Assembly: GCA_965278945.1 (NCBI GenBank)
Contig: OZ257128.1
Span: forward strand, 2,386,623 to 2,450,622
DNA length: 64,000 nucleotides
Source: Actinomycetes bacterium
Lineage (GTDB): Bacteria > Actinomycetota > Actinomycetes > S36-B12
Direction: 5' to 3'
The first letter of the stretch is position 1. Every line of letters starts with the position of its first letter. The notes below the pieces were generated by a model. The model saw only the letters and a program-made list of their open reading frames with translations, did not search any database and was not told where the DNA came from. Both the position numbers and the translations under genes were made by a program. Shown here in pieces: positions 40,636 to 49,955 of this stretch.

Positions 40636-41924
40636 GGCAGGAGCTTGCGGGTGGGAGCGCCGGGCTTGAACGTCGTCTGCTTCGCTGCACCGGACGAGGA
40701 GCTCGTCGCGGTCATGATGTAGCTGGTCAGACGCTGCAGGTTGCCCGAGCCGTCGTACTGGCCCATGTAGAAACCGGTGAGGCCCTGATGCGTGCCCTTG
40801 CCGATCACCATCGGAACCGCTGCCGCGGAGCGGAACGTGGCGGCCTTGGTCTGCAGGGCGTTCACGAGTCCGGTACGGGTCAGGTTGGTGCCGGCCGCCT
40901 TGAGTGCCTGGGACAGGACGTAGGCGGTGTTGATGCCGTAGTAGGTGTAGAAGTTCCACGGCAGGCCGTTACGGTCCGCGATGACCTTCATCTGCGACAC
41001 GAACGCGTTGCCCGTGTCCTGGATCGGCACGAGGAAGCTCGGTGCGTAGATGCCCTTCATCAGGGTGCTAGCAGCCGCGCCCAGCGATGCGCCGAGGATG
41101 GACGGGTCCGAGCCAACCGAGGTGACCATCCACGTCGGAGCGAACGCGCTACGGGCGGCCGTGCCGAGCAGCTGTGCGGTCGCGGACGTGACACCGAAGA
41201 ACACCACGAGCTCGCAACCGGCAGCCTTGAGCTTCGTCACCTGAGCGGTGAACGGAGCGGCCTGCTGGCCGGAGAAGTACGAGGTGGTCTCGGCGAAGTT
41301 CATGCCCGCGGCCTTGAAGCCGGTCTCGGCGTTCTCGCCGAACTCGCCGTCCTGGTAGAACAGGCAGGCCTTCTTCGAGTTCAGTGCCGGCGTGTTCTTG
41401 ATGTAGTACGCCATGACCTTGGCTTCGACCGTGTACGACGGGAAGTACGGGAAGGTCATCGGGAACTTGGAGGGGTTGTCGAAGGACGTGCCGCCCGTGT
41501 TGACGAAGACGTCAGGGATGCCGCGACGGTTGAGGTCGGCAACGACAGCAGAGTGAGTCGGCGTGCCGAGCGCTCCGAACATCGCGAAGATCTTGTCGCG
41601 AAGGATGAGCTGGCTCGTGCACTTGCGCGTCTCGGCGGGGTTGTACTTGTCGTCGCAGACCACGTACTTGATCTTGCGGCCGTTGATTCCGCCGTTGGCG
41701 TTCACGTAGTTGAAGTACGCCAGGGAAGCGGGCGCAATGTCCTTGTATCCGGGCGACGCGGGACCGGTCAGCGGAACGGTCGTTCCGATCACGATCTGCG
41801 AACTACTGACTCCGGGATCGGCGGCTGGCGCCGACGCTCCGGCTGGTGCGGCGATGGCTAGGCCGACGGCCGCCACCACCCCAAGTGCGACCACGCGGGT
41901 CGCAATAACTCTGCTCACGGACAT
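40632..41924 (-). CDS. ABC transporter substrate-binding protein, branched-chain amino acid (LivJ/K-like, Peripla_BP_6) family
   Basis: Signal peptide, then IVIGTTVPLTGPASPGYKDIAPASLAYFNYVNANGGINGRKIKYVVCDDKYNP. Start is ATG 41924 or GTG 41918 (GGAGGA upstream). Confidence 0.85.
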   Translation of the reverse strand: MSVSRVIATRVVALGVVAAVGLAIAAPAGASAPAADPGVSSSQIVIGTTVPLTGPASPGYKDIAPASLAYFNYVNANGGINGRKIKYVVCDDKYNPAETRKCTSQLILRDKIFAMFGALGTPTHSAVVADLNRRGIPDVFVNTGGTSFDNPSKFPMTFPYFPSYTVEAKVMAYYIKNTPALNSKKACLFYQDGEFGENAETGFKAAGMNFAETTSYFSGQQAAPFTAQVTKLKAAGCELVVFFGVTSATAQLLGTAARSAFAPTWMVTSVGSDPSILGASLGAAASTLMKGIYAPSFLVPIQDTGNAFVSQMKVIADRNGLPWNFYTYYGINTAYVLSQALKAAGTNLTRTGLVNALQTKAATFRSAAAVPMVIGKGTHQGLTGFYMGQYDGSGNLQRLTSYIMTATSSSSGAAKQTTFKPGAPTRKLLP

Positions 41925-42060
41925 TCCTCCCCAAGAAGGGCGCACGGACGACGCCTTAGTGACTGTTTATTGCGTGCTGGTGAATCTTTGATTGCCATCC
42001 GTTAACGCAATGTGTTTTGGAGAGTACCTACCAGCCGGTAACCCCGCAACAACTTTGCAG

Positions 42061-43485
42061 TTAGCGGTTCGGACGTACCCGTTTCGTTACCTTTGCAAGA
42101 AGGTCTTGCACGGATCCGACAATTCCGCCCGGAGCCACGAGCACGACCAGGACGACCAGCAGTCCGTAGATCAGGTTGGGGGCGTTGTTGGTGACCTGCT
42201 CCTCCCAGCCACGATCACCCGCCGCGCTGTGAATGAACTCCGGCAGCCAGACGAGAAGGACCGCGCCGATCACCGCTCCCAGCAGGGCCGAGCGACCGCC
42301 GAGGACCACGCCGACCAGCAGCGACAAGGACAGGCCAAGGGCGAAGGCTCCGGGTCCGACATAAGACAGGATCTGGGCGAACACTCCTCCGGCCAGGGCC
42401 GCGAAGAAGCTGCTGATGGCGAACGCGCTGATCTTCGACCAGGCCGGCGACATGCCGGAGACGGCCGCCGCGACCGGATCGTCGCGGACCGCACGCCAGA
42501 CGTTGCCCTGGCGGCCACGCACGAGGTTCAAGGCCATGAACAGCACGATGCACGCAACGAGGATCGACAGGCCCGCCTGCCAGTGCTCGATCACGAAGCC
42601 GCCGTCGACGCCGAGGTCTCCTCCGCTATCGGTCCCCGATACATCGGTTCCCGAGGTGTCGACCGGCCCCGCAGACGCACCATCGGAGGGGAAGTTCTCG
42701 TCCGTGAGCAGGTCGCCGGGGTCGGTCGAGGCGCCGTCCGAGGGGAAGTTCTCATCGGTCAGGAGGTCCCCCGGCGCAACCGAGGCGTCCGCCGAGGGGA
42801 AGTTCTCGTCCGTCAGGAGGTCCCCCGGCGCAACCGAGCCCCCGTCTGACGGGAAGTTCTCATCCGTCAGCAGGTCGCCGGCGCCCGCGGAGCCGACGTC
42901 TGAGGGAAGCTCCTCCTGCGAGGTCGGAAGCTCGGAGGTGAACTGGTCTTCCTCGGCCCCGGTATCGACGGGGGCGTAGCCGCCTTCGGGGAACGGCACG
43001 GTGAGCATCAGGCCGTTCTCGCCGCCGAGCAGGTCGGGGAACCGGTTCGCGATCGCAGGAACGCCAACGGCAATGCCCAGGGTCAGGCCCGCGAGGTACG
43101 GGCCCTTGAGCCGGGCACCCAGGCCGCCGATGATCAGGCCGAAGACGATTCCGCCGATGCCGGCGAAGACCATCGCCCACCAGCCGTTCATCGGCACGCC
43201 GATGATCGGCACCGTCTGCCAGTTCAAAGAGACCAGGGCGAACGAGTACGCACCGATCGCCATCAAGGCGCCATTGCCCAGCGACACCTGTCCGGACAGT
43301 CCGACGAGGATGACCATGCCGAACATCGCCGCCGCGTACATGCCGGCGAGCGCGATGTAGTAGTTCGTCAGCGGGTCGACGCGATCTGTGACCGCGCTGA
43401 GCACCAGGAAGATCACGACGACGAACAGCAGGTGCGTGACCAGTCGTGCTCCGGGCAGGCGAAGGGCGCTTCGTAGCTTCTCCAT
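42061..43485 (-). CDS. livM: Branched-chain amino acid ABC transporter permease (LivM-like) with ~130-aa acidic repeat-containing insert
   Basis: LivM-type TM core (GQVSLGNGALMAIGAY..., ...SYVGPGAFALGLSLSLLVGVVLGG), interrupted at residues ~165-295 by a low-complexity loop. Confidence 0.85.
   Translation of the reverse strand: MEKLRSALRLPGARLVTHLLFVVVIFLVLSAVTDRVDPLTNYYIALAGMYAAAMFGMVILVGLSGQVSLGNGALMAIGAYSFALVSLNWQTVPIIGVPMNGWWAMVFAGIGGIVFGLIIGGLGARLKGPYLAGLTLGIAVGVPAIANRFPDLLGGENGLMLTVPFPEGGYAPVDTGAEEDQFTSELPTSQEELPSDVGSAGAGDLLTDENFPSDGGSVAPGDLLTDENFPSADASVAPGDLLTDENFPSDGASTDPGDLLTDENFPSDGASAGPVDTSGTDVSGTDSGGDLGVDGGFVIEHWQAGLSILVACIVLFMALNLVRGRQGNVWRAVRDDPVAAAVSGMSPAWSKISAFAISSFFAALAGGVFAQILSYVGPGAFALGLSLSLLVGVVLGGRSALLGAVIGAVLLVWLPEFIHSAAGDRGWEEQVTNNAPNLIYGLLVVLVVLVAPGGIVGSVQDLLAKVTKRVRPNR
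42664..42879 (-). repeat. In-frame tandem repeat, 4 x 54 bp, encoding GDLLTDENFPS(D/A)(G/D)(G/A)S(V/T/A)(A/D/G)P inside livM
   Basis: Four consecutive 18-aa units at LivM residues 203-274. DNA units are recognisable by the recurring GGGGAAGTTCTC(G/A)TC(C/G)GT(C/G)AG(G/C)AGGTC on the plus strand. Confidence 0.9.
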
Positions 43486-44364
43486 CTAGACCGCCCTCGA
43501 GTTTCCGTGCCCGAATATGCCGTCAGGTTTCAACAGCAAGTTGAGCGCGAGGAGCACGAGTGCCACGACGGGAGCGTTGCTGGAATCGCTGTAGCCGGAA
43601 ACCAGGGACAAGATCAGCCCCGTGAAGATACCCATCGACACGGCACCGACCAGGCTGTCCAGGCCGCCGATGACGGCCGCGGTGAAGGCGAAGACGAGCA
43701 GGATGTCGAAGCTGTTCGGCGACAAGGTCGCGGTCGGCGCGACGAGAACGCCGGCCACCGCACCCACGACTCCGGCGATCGCCCAGCCCACCGTGAGCGT
43801 CTGGTTCACGCGCACGCCCGACAGCCGCGCCACCTCGGGATTGAAGGCCGTCGCGCGCATCGACAGTCCCAGATTGGTCTTGGTGAACAGCAGCGTGAGG
43901 CCCACGACCATCAGCGCGGTGATCCCGATGACGACGAGGTCGTAGACCGACAGCGGCCATTCGCGCCCGAACGCCGTGATTCCCGAGTTGTCGAAGGGCT
44001 GTGAGTACGCCTGCTGGTCACCGCCCCAGATCATCCCGGCGGCGGCCTGCAGCGCGATGAGCACCCCGAAGGTGGCGATGATCGCGCCCGAGGTGTCCGC
44101 CCGCTTCACCGGTCGCAGGACGAGGTACTGGACGATCACGCCGAGCACGGCGCCCGCGACCAGGGCGCCCGCCAGCGCGATGAACCAGTTGCCGGTGGAA
44201 TTCTGGATCGAGAATCCGATGAAGGTCGTGAACATCGCCTGGCCGACCTGGGCGAAGTTGACCACCCGGGTGGCGCGCCACGTCAGGACCAGGGCGAGCG
44301 CGAGCAGGCCGATGATGGCGCCTGAACCGAGCCCCCCGAGCAGGTAGTCGATGAAGTTCGTCAT
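43486..44364 (-). CDS. livH: Branched-chain amino acid ABC transporter permease (LivH-like)
   Basis: 292 aa, 8-TM; LLGGLGSGAIIGLLALALVLTWRATRVVNFAQG-type N-terminus. Confidence 0.88.
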   Translation of the reverse strand: MTNFIDYLLGGLGSGAIIGLLALALVLTWRATRVVNFAQVGQAMFTTFIGFSIQNSTGNWFIALAGALVAGAVLGVIVQYLVLRPVKRADTSGAIIATFGVLIALQAAAGMIWGGDQQAYSQPFDNSGITAFGREWPLSVYDLVVIGITALMVVGLTLLFTKTNLGLSMRATAFNPEVARLSGVRVNQTLTVGWAIAGVVGAVAGVLVAPTATLSPNSFDILLVFAFTAAVIGGLDSLVGAVSMGIFTGLILSLVSGYSDSSNAPVVALVLLALNLLLKPDGIFGHGNSRAV

Positions 44365-44391
44365 GTCGTCGTCTTCCCGGTCATCTCAGGC

Positions 44392-45096
44392 CTAGTAGCC
44401 GAGGTAGGCATGTCGGAGTTCGTCATGCGAGGCGATGTCCGAGGACGAGCCCGACATCACGACCTGGCCCAGGTTGAAGACCACGCCCTGGCTCGCCACC
44501 CGAAGCGCGGTGACCGCGTTCTGCTCGACGAGGAGTACCGCGAGGTTCGCCTCGGTGGCCAGTCGCTTCACCAGTTCGAGGATCTGGGTGACGATCAGGG
44601 GCGCAAGGCCAAGTGAGGGCTCGTCGAGGAGCAGGCACTGCGGCTCGCACATCAGAGCTCGACCGATGGCCAGCTGCTGGCGCTCGCCGCCGCTGAGGGT
44701 GTCGGCCCGCATCTTCTGGCGCTCGCCCAGGACGGGGAACAGGTCGAAGACCTCGGCCTGGCTGCTGGCGCGCGCTGCGCGCGAGCGCCACATGCCGCCA
44801 AGCCGCAGGTTCTCGTCGACGGTGAGCTCGGGGACGGTGGACCTGCCCTCGGGCACGAGTGCGACACCCATGCGGACGATGTCCTCTGCCCGGTGTCCGG
44901 TGATGGTGTTGCCATCCAAGGTCGCCGATCCGGTCGCCGGCTTCACCAGTCCGGCGAGAGTGCGCATGAGCGTCGACTTGCCCGCTCCGTTGGCTCCGAT
45001 GACGGCGGTGACCTCTCCCCTGGGCACCTCGATGGACACGTGCGACAGAGCGTGGACAGGTCCGTAGTTGACGCTGAGGTCGGTGATCGTGAGCAT
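44392..45096 (-). CDS. livF: Branched-chain amino acid ABC transporter ATP-binding protein (LivF-like)
   Basis: Start ATG 45096 (MLTITDLSVNYGPVHAL...); GANGAGKST, LSGGERQQ, LLLDEPS. TGATG overlap with livG. The track ORF extends spuriously to 45504. Confidence 0.9.
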   Translation of the reverse strand: MLTITDLSVNYGPVHALSHVSIEVPRGEVTAVIGANGAGKSTLMRTLAGLVKPATGSATLDGNTITGHRAEDIVRMGVALVPEGRSTVPELTVDENLRLGGMWRSRAARASSQAEVFDLFPVLGERQKMRADTLSGGERQQLAIGRALMCEPQCLLLDEPSLGLAPLIVTQILELVKRLATEANLAVLLVEQNAVTALRVASQGVVFNLGQVVMSGSSSDIASHDELRHAYLGY

Positions 45097-45878
45097 CAGG
45101 CCGCCCCCTCCTGGCCGAGGTAGGCCTCCAGCACGGCCGGGTCGTTGCGGACCTGCTCGGGAGTACCCGAGGCGATGACCTTGCCGGCATCGAGTACCCA
45201 GATGAGATCGCAGACGGACATGACCAGCTCCATGTGATGCTCGACGAGCAGCACGGTGCGCTCGGGAACCCAGCTTCTGATCAGTCGCTCGAGCTCGGTC
45301 ATGTCGGCCGCGCCGATCCCGCCCGCCGGCTCGTCGAGCAGCAGGATCTTCGGGTCGGAGACGAGGGCGCGGGCCATCGCCACCTTCTTCTGAACGGGGT
45401 ACGGCATCTCGCCCGGCAGCCGGCCGGCCTCGTTCGCCACGCCCAGTTCCTCGAGCGCCTCCAGGGAGCGGATCCGCAGGCGCTCGGTCTCGATATCCGT
45501 CCACGGCATGGCGAGGGTCTGGGAGATGATCCCGCTGCGAACCCGAGATGAGCCGCCGAGCATGACGTTCTCCAGCGCGGTCAGGCTGCCGAACAGCCCG
45601 ACGCCCTGAAGGGTCCGCGAGATGCCCTTCTTCGTCAGGTGGTGCGCCTTGATGTGCTTGAGGCGATGACCTTCGTAGATGACATCACCGGAGTCGGCCT
45701 TCACGAAGCCGCTGATGACGTTGAACACCGTCGTCTTGCCGGCGCCGTTGGGTCCGATGAGCCCGGTGACCTTGCCGCGCGGAACCTCGATGCTCACTCC
45801 GTCGAGGATCTGCAATCCACTCAACCGGACCTTGATGTCCGAGAGTTGAAGCAACGTTTCGGCGTCAGGGGCCGCCAC
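45096..45878 (-). CDS. livG: Branched-chain amino acid ABC transporter ATP-binding protein (LivG-like)
   Basis: [27 protein letters not shown]-terminal NDPAVLEAYLG typical of LivG. GTG start. Confidence 0.9.
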   Translation of the reverse strand: MAAPDAETLLQLSDIKVRLSGLQILDGVSIEVPRGKVTGLIGPNGAGKTTVFNVISGFVKADSGDVIYEGHRLKHIKAHHLTKKGISRTLQGVGLFGSLTALENVMLGGSSRVRSGIISQTLAMPWTDIETERLRIRSLEALEELGVANEAGRLPGEMPYPVQKKVAMARALVSDPKILLLDEPAGGIGAADMTELERLIRSWVPERTVLLVEHHMELVMSVCDLIWVLDAGKVIASGTPEQVRNDPAVLEAYLGQEGAA

Positions 45879-45975
45879 GGATCACACTCCTCATAAGTCT
45901 CGTGCGCAGCACGCGCCTCATTGCGCGGTGGCTCAGTCTGTACTCGGCAGTAACCGTGGTCAACAGGATTCGTCA

Positions 45976-45998
45976 GATTGGGACAACTGATTGGGACA
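45976..45998. promoter_or_regulatory. Direct repeat GATTGGGACA-ACT-GATTGGGACA ~100 bp upstream of livG. Candidate operator.
   Basis: Two perfect 10-mers with 13-bp periodicity in a relatively AT-rich promoter region. Function not established. Confidence 0.3.
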
Positions 45999-46000
45999 GC

Positions 46001-46037
46001 AGTAGAGGTGGCCCGGAAAAATCCGGACCACCTCTAC
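46001..46037 (-). terminator. Hairpin 3' of rplA (AGTAGAGGTGG.CCGG / CCGG.CCACCTCTACT, one mismatch)
   Basis: 16-bp stem with one mismatch, starting 18 nt after the rplA stop. No clear U-tract. Confidence 0.55.
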
Positions 46038-46054
46038 TCACGTGCTCGGACGGG

Positions 46055-46768
46055 CTAGACCTCGTCCTCGGCAAGCAGGTTCTTGACCCGGTTCGGGTCC
46101 ACCGGGACGCCTGGGCCCATGCTCGACGACATTGTCGCCTTGCGGACGTAGCGACCCTTGGCTGCCGACGGCTTCAGCCGCAGGACCTCGTCCAGGGCGG
46201 CCGCATAGTTCTCGACCAGCGCCTGCTCGGAGAAGGATGCCTTGCCGATCGGGAACGCGAGGTTGGAGTGCTTGTCGACGCGGAACTCGATCTTTCCGCC
46301 CTTGATCTCCGTGACCGCCTTGGCGACGTCGACGGTGACCGTGCCGGTCTTCGGGTTCGGCATGAGTCCGCGAGGTCCGAGGACCTTGCCGAGCGTGCCG
46401 ACCTTGCCCATGAGATCGGGGGTGGCGACGGCGGCGTCGAAGTCGGTCCAGCCTGCGCGGACCTTCTCGATCATGTCGTCGGAACCGACGAAGTCGGCGC
46501 CTGCTGCGCGGGCCTCATCGGCCTTGTCGCCATTGGCGAACACGAGGACACGAGCGGTCTTGCCCGTGCCGTGCGGGAGGTTCACGGTGCCGCGAACCAT
46601 CTGGTCGGCCTTGCGGGGGTCGACGCCCAGCCGCATGGACACCTCGACCGTGGGGTCGAACTTGGTTGCGGTGCTGCCCTTGACGAGGCGGACGGCCGCG
46701 AGCGGCGCGTACAGCGCGTCTGCGTCGATCTTCTCTGCTGCGGCCCGGTAGGCCTTGCTGCGCTTCAT
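46055..46768 (-). CDS. rplA: 50S ribosomal protein L1
   Basis: [70 protein letters not shown]. Confidence 0.98.
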   Translation of the reverse strand: MKRSKAYRAAAEKIDADALYAPLAAVRLVKGSTATKFDPTVEVSMRLGVDPRKADQMVRGTVNLPHGTGKTARVLVFANGDKADEARAAGADFVGSDDMIEKVRAGWTDFDAAVATPDLMGKVGTLGKVLGPRGLMPNPKTGTVTVDVAKAVTEIKGGKIEFRVDKHSNLAFPIGKASFSEQALVENYAAALDEVLRLKPSAAKGRYVRKATMSSSMGPGVPVDPNRVKNLLAEDEV

Positions 46769-46847
46769 GTGCTTTCTGCTCCTTCGCAGTTAGTGGTGTG
46801 CGAGCCGCGCGCGACTCTCCCACTGGTGGTTGTCAGTCGTCGGCAGA

Positions 46848-47282
46848 TCAGCCGGCGACAGAGATGCCCATCTGGCGTGCGGTGCCCTCGATGATCTTCA
46901 TCGCGGCGTCGACGTCATTGGCATTGAGGTCGGGCATCTTGGTCTCGGCGATCTCGCGAACCTGGGCGCGCGTGATGGAACCGGCCTTGACCTTGGGCGC
47001 ATTGCCCGAGCCCTTGTCGAGCCCGGCAGCCTTGAGGATGAGCCTCGAGGCGGGCGGGGTCTTCAGAGTGAAGTCGAACGAGCGGTCTTCGTAGACCGTG
47101 ATCTCGACCGGAATCACGTTGCCGCGCTGGCTTTCCGTGGCGGCGTTGTATGCCTTGCAGAACTCCATGATGTTGACGCCGTGCTGGCCCAGTGCGGGAC
47201 CAACCGGCGGCGCCGGGTTGGCTGCCCCAGCCTGGATCTGCAACTTGATCAGGCCGGCAACCTTCTTCTTCTTCGGTGCCAT
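46848..47282 (-). CDS. rplK: 50S ribosomal protein L11
   Basis: [46 protein letters not shown]. Confidence 0.98.
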   Translation of the reverse strand: MAPKKKKVAGLIKLQIQAGAANPAPPVGPALGQHGVNIMEFCKAYNAATESQRGNVIPVEITVYEDRSFDFTLKTPPASRLILKAAGLDKGSGNAPKVKAGSITRAQVREIAETKMPDLNANDVDAAMKIIEGTARQMGISVAG

Positions 47283-47338
47283 GGTGTGTCGGGTCCTTCG
47301 TTGTCGTTACCCCGCAGACGGCGTCCGCGGGGGTCTTC

Positions 47339-48178
47339 CTAGTTCTTGTTGATCTGGCTGAAGGCCAGCTCAACAGGAGTCTCGCGTCCGAAGATCTCGA
47401 CCAGGCCGGTGACCTTCTGGGCCTCGATGTTGATCTCGGAGATCGTGGCGTGCAGCGTCGCGAACGGACCGTCGACAACGGTGACGGAGTCACCGACGCC
47501 GAAGTCGATCTCGATCGCAGGTGCGGACGAGCCGCCTCCGCTCGAAGCGGGAGCACCGGGGACGCCGGCCTTCTTCTCCGGAGTCGGGGCGAGGATCGAG
47601 ACGACCTCGTCGAGGGTCAGCGGGGCCGGCTGGTGGCCGTGGCCCACGAAGCCCGTGACGCCGGGCGTGTGCCGAATGGCGCCCCACGACTCGTCGGTGA
47701 GCTCCATGCGCACGAGGACATAACCGGGGAACTTGTTCCGGCGGACGAGCTTGCGCACGCCGCTCTTGATCTCGGTGACCTCTTCCATCGGCACCTCGAC
47801 CTGGAAGATGTAGTCCTCCATGTTCATGCTGTTGATGCGGGTCTCGATATTGCCCTTGACCTTGTTCTCGTAGCCGGCGTACGAGTGGATGACGTACCAG
47901 TCGCCGGCGGAGATGCGCATCTGCTCGCGGAAGGCGATGACCGGATCTTCTTCTTCCTCGACGATCTCCTCGGCCTCCTCGAGAACCTCGTCGATCGCCT
48001 CCTCAATGACCAGTTCCTCGACAACGGCCTCCTCGACCGCATCGAGGATCGCCTCGTCGACGACCGCCTCGTCCGCGATCACGTCGTCCACGATCGCCTC
48101 ATCGACGGGCGCCGACGGCTGAGCCGTCGCGAATGGGTCGATCGAGGGGGTATAGCCCTGGTCGGACACGGTGGTCAT
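47339..48178 (-). CDS. nusG: Transcription termination/antitermination factor NusG (with ~85-aa acidic N-terminal extension)
   Basis: [22 protein letters not shown]..., KOW region [21 protein letters not shown]. Follows secE. Confidence 0.96.
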   Translation of the reverse strand: MTTVSDQGYTPSIDPFATAQPSAPVDEAIVDDVIADEAVVDEAILDAVEEAVVEELVIEEAIDEVLEEAEEIVEEEEDPVIAFREQMRISAGDWYVIHSYAGYENKVKGNIETRINSMNMEDYIFQVEVPMEEVTEIKSGVRKLVRRNKFPGYVLVRMELTDESWGAIRHTPGVTGFVGHGHQPAPLTLDEVVSILAPTPEKKAGVPGAPASSGGGSSAPAIEIDFGVGDSVTVVDGPFATLHATISEINIEAQKVTGLVEIFGRETPVELAFSQINKN

Positions 48179-48223
48179 TCTCCTTGCGTTTGTGGTCGTG
48201 CTGGGATCGGGGAAGTTGAGGGG

Positions 48224-48481
48224 CTAGCCGAAGACGAACAGCACTCCCTTGGCGAACACGTAGTCAAGCCCCGCGATGATGGCGGCCATGATCAGGACGA
48301 AGATCACCACGACGGTCGTGTAGGCGATCAGCTCCTTGCGCGTGGGCCAGATGACCTTGCGCAGTTCTGCTACGACCTGCCGGATGAACAGGGCAAGCCG
48401 AGAGAACACATTGCCCTGAGCGCGGTCCTTACGACCGCGGCCGTCCGACCCGCGGTCGGGCAGGGCGTCAGTGTCCGTCAT
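48224..48481 (-). CDS. secE: Preprotein translocase subunit SecE
   Basis: FIRQVVAELRKVIWPTRKELIAYTTVVVIFVLIMAAIIAGLD. Confidence 0.93.
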   Translation of the reverse strand: MTDTDALPDRGSDGRGRKDRAQGNVFSRLALFIRQVVAELRKVIWPTRKELIAYTTVVVIFVLIMAAIIAGLDYVFAKGVLFVFG

Positions 48482-48547
48482 GCCTTCCTACCTTCATCTC
48501 GTCCTTGCAAGCTCCCACGGCGAGCGTGGGAGCCATCGATCGACTCG

Positions 48548-48620
48548 CAGGGCCGGAGGGACTTGAACCCCCAACCGCCGGTTTTGGAGACCGGTGCTCT
48601 ACCAATTGAGCTACGACCCT
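48548..48620 (-). tRNA. tRNA-Trp (anticodon CCA)
   Basis: Hand-folded cloverleaf: acceptor AGGGTCG/CGGCCCT, D-arm GCTC-AATTGGTA-GAGC, anticodon arm CCGGT-CTCCAAA-ACCGG, T-arm GGGGG-TTCAAGT-CCCTC. 73 nt, CCA not encoded. Confidence 0.93.
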
Positions 48621-48752
48621 TCAGCCCGGTGATTGAGCCTGCCCGAGGGCAGGCTGCCGCCGACCTATTTCGCTACGGGAGTCTACGGTCCGCCCGTGAG
48701 CCGGGTCCAATCCGGTCCCCGGCGCCCGGGGCGCGGCTGCAAGGATGGAGCC

Positions 48753-49955
48753 ATGAGTTCACGCATCTCCCGCCGAATCGCCGCCATCACCGAATCCGCC
48801 ACGTTGGCCGTCGACGCCAAGGCCAAGGCCCTCAAGGCAGCCGGGCGCCCGGTCATCGGATTCGGTGCCGGGGAGCCGGATTTCCCGACCCCGAGGTACA
48901 TCGTCGACGCGGCGATCGCCGCCAGCGCCAAGCAGGAGTGGCATCGCTACACCCCTGCCGGTGGCCTGCCCGCCCTCAAGGAGGCGGTCGCGGTCAAGAC
49001 CCTCCGCGATTCGGGGTTCCAGGTGGCCGCGAGCCAGGTGCTCATCACCAATGGCGGAAAGCAGGCCCTCTACAACGCCTTCGCGACCCTGCTGGATCCC
49101 GGTGACGAGGTGCTGCTTCCGGCCCCGTACTGGACGACCTACCCCGAGTCCATCCGGCTGGCCGGCGGGGTTCCCGTCGAGATCATCACCGACGAGACCT
49201 CCGGCTACCGCGCGACGATCGCGCAGCTCGAGGCCGCGCGGACCGAGCGCACCAAGCTCCTCGTCTTCGTGTCCCCGTCCAACCCGACGGGGGCGGTCTA
49301 CTCCCCCGCTGAGGTCAAGGCGATCGGCGAGTGGGCGGACTCGCACGGGCTGTGGGTCGTCACCGACGAGATCTACGAGCACCTGGTCTACGGCGATGCC
49401 GAGTTCGCGTCGATGCCGGTGCTCGTCCCGTCGCTCGCGGACCGCTGCGTTGTCGTGAACGGCGTCGCGAAGACGTACGCCATGACCGGCTGGCGGGTCG
49501 GCTGGATGATCGGTCCCGACGATGTCGTCAAGGCCGCCACGAACCTGCAGTCGCACTCGACGTCCAACGTCGCCAACGTCTCGCAGATCGCTGCACTTGC
49601 GGCGGTGAGCGGTGACCTGTCCGCGGTTGCCGAGATGAAGGCGGCCTTCGACAGGCGGCGCGTCCTGATCACCGGAATGCTCGACGCGATTCCCGGTGTC
49701 GCGTGCCCGTTGCCCGAGGGCGCGTTCTATGTCTACCCGTCGGTGAAGGAACTCGTGGGCAAGTCGCTGCGCGGGGTCACCATCGAGTCGTCGTCGCATC
49801 TGTCCGCGCTGATCCTCGACGAGGCCGAGGTTGCCGTCGTGCCCGGCGAGGCCTTCGGCACCCCCGGCTACGTGCGGATGTCCTACGCGACGTCCGACGC
49901 CGACATCGTCGAGGGCGTATCGCGGATGGCGGCCCTGCTGGCGGAGGCCAACTAG
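48753..49955 (+). CDS. aspC: Pyridoxal-phosphate-dependent aminotransferase (aspartate aminotransferase class I)
   Basis: ATG 48753 with AAGGATGGAG upstream. [38 protein letters not shown] (PLP-lysine context). Confidence 0.88.
   Translation: MSSRISRRIAAITESATLAVDAKAKALKAAGRPVIGFGAGEPDFPTPRYIVDAAIAASAKQEWHRYTPAGGLPALKEAVAVKTLRDSGFQVAASQVLITNGGKQALYNAFATLLDPGDEVLLPAPYWTTYPESIRLAGGVPVEIITDETSGYRATIAQLEAARTERTKLLVFVSPSNPTGAVYSPAEVKAIGEWADSHGLWVVTDEIYEHLVYGDAEFASMPVLVPSLADRCVVVNGVAKTYAMTGWRVGWMIGPDDVVKAATNLQSHSTSNVANVSQIAALAAVSGDLSAVAEMKAAFDRRRVLITGMLDAIPGVACPLPEGAFYVYPSVKELVGKSLRGVTIESSSHLSALILDEAEVAVVPGEAFGTPGYVRMSYATSDADIVEGVSRMAALLAEAN

Noticed and set aside
42664-42879. Possible CRISPR-like array, because of regularly spaced repeats
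   Set aside because: The repeats are contiguous with no spacers, in frame within livM, and 54 bp long. No cas genes are present, so this is a coding tandem repeat.
45097-45504. Upstream extension of the livF ORF
   Set aside because: It overlaps livG out of frame. LivF homology starts at MLTITDLSV (ATG 45096).
49952-49955. Convergent aspC and murB stop codons overlap on the palindrome CTAG
   Set aside because: The overlap is real but trivial. It only means there is no room for a terminator between the two genes, and I have no evidence of regulatory significance.
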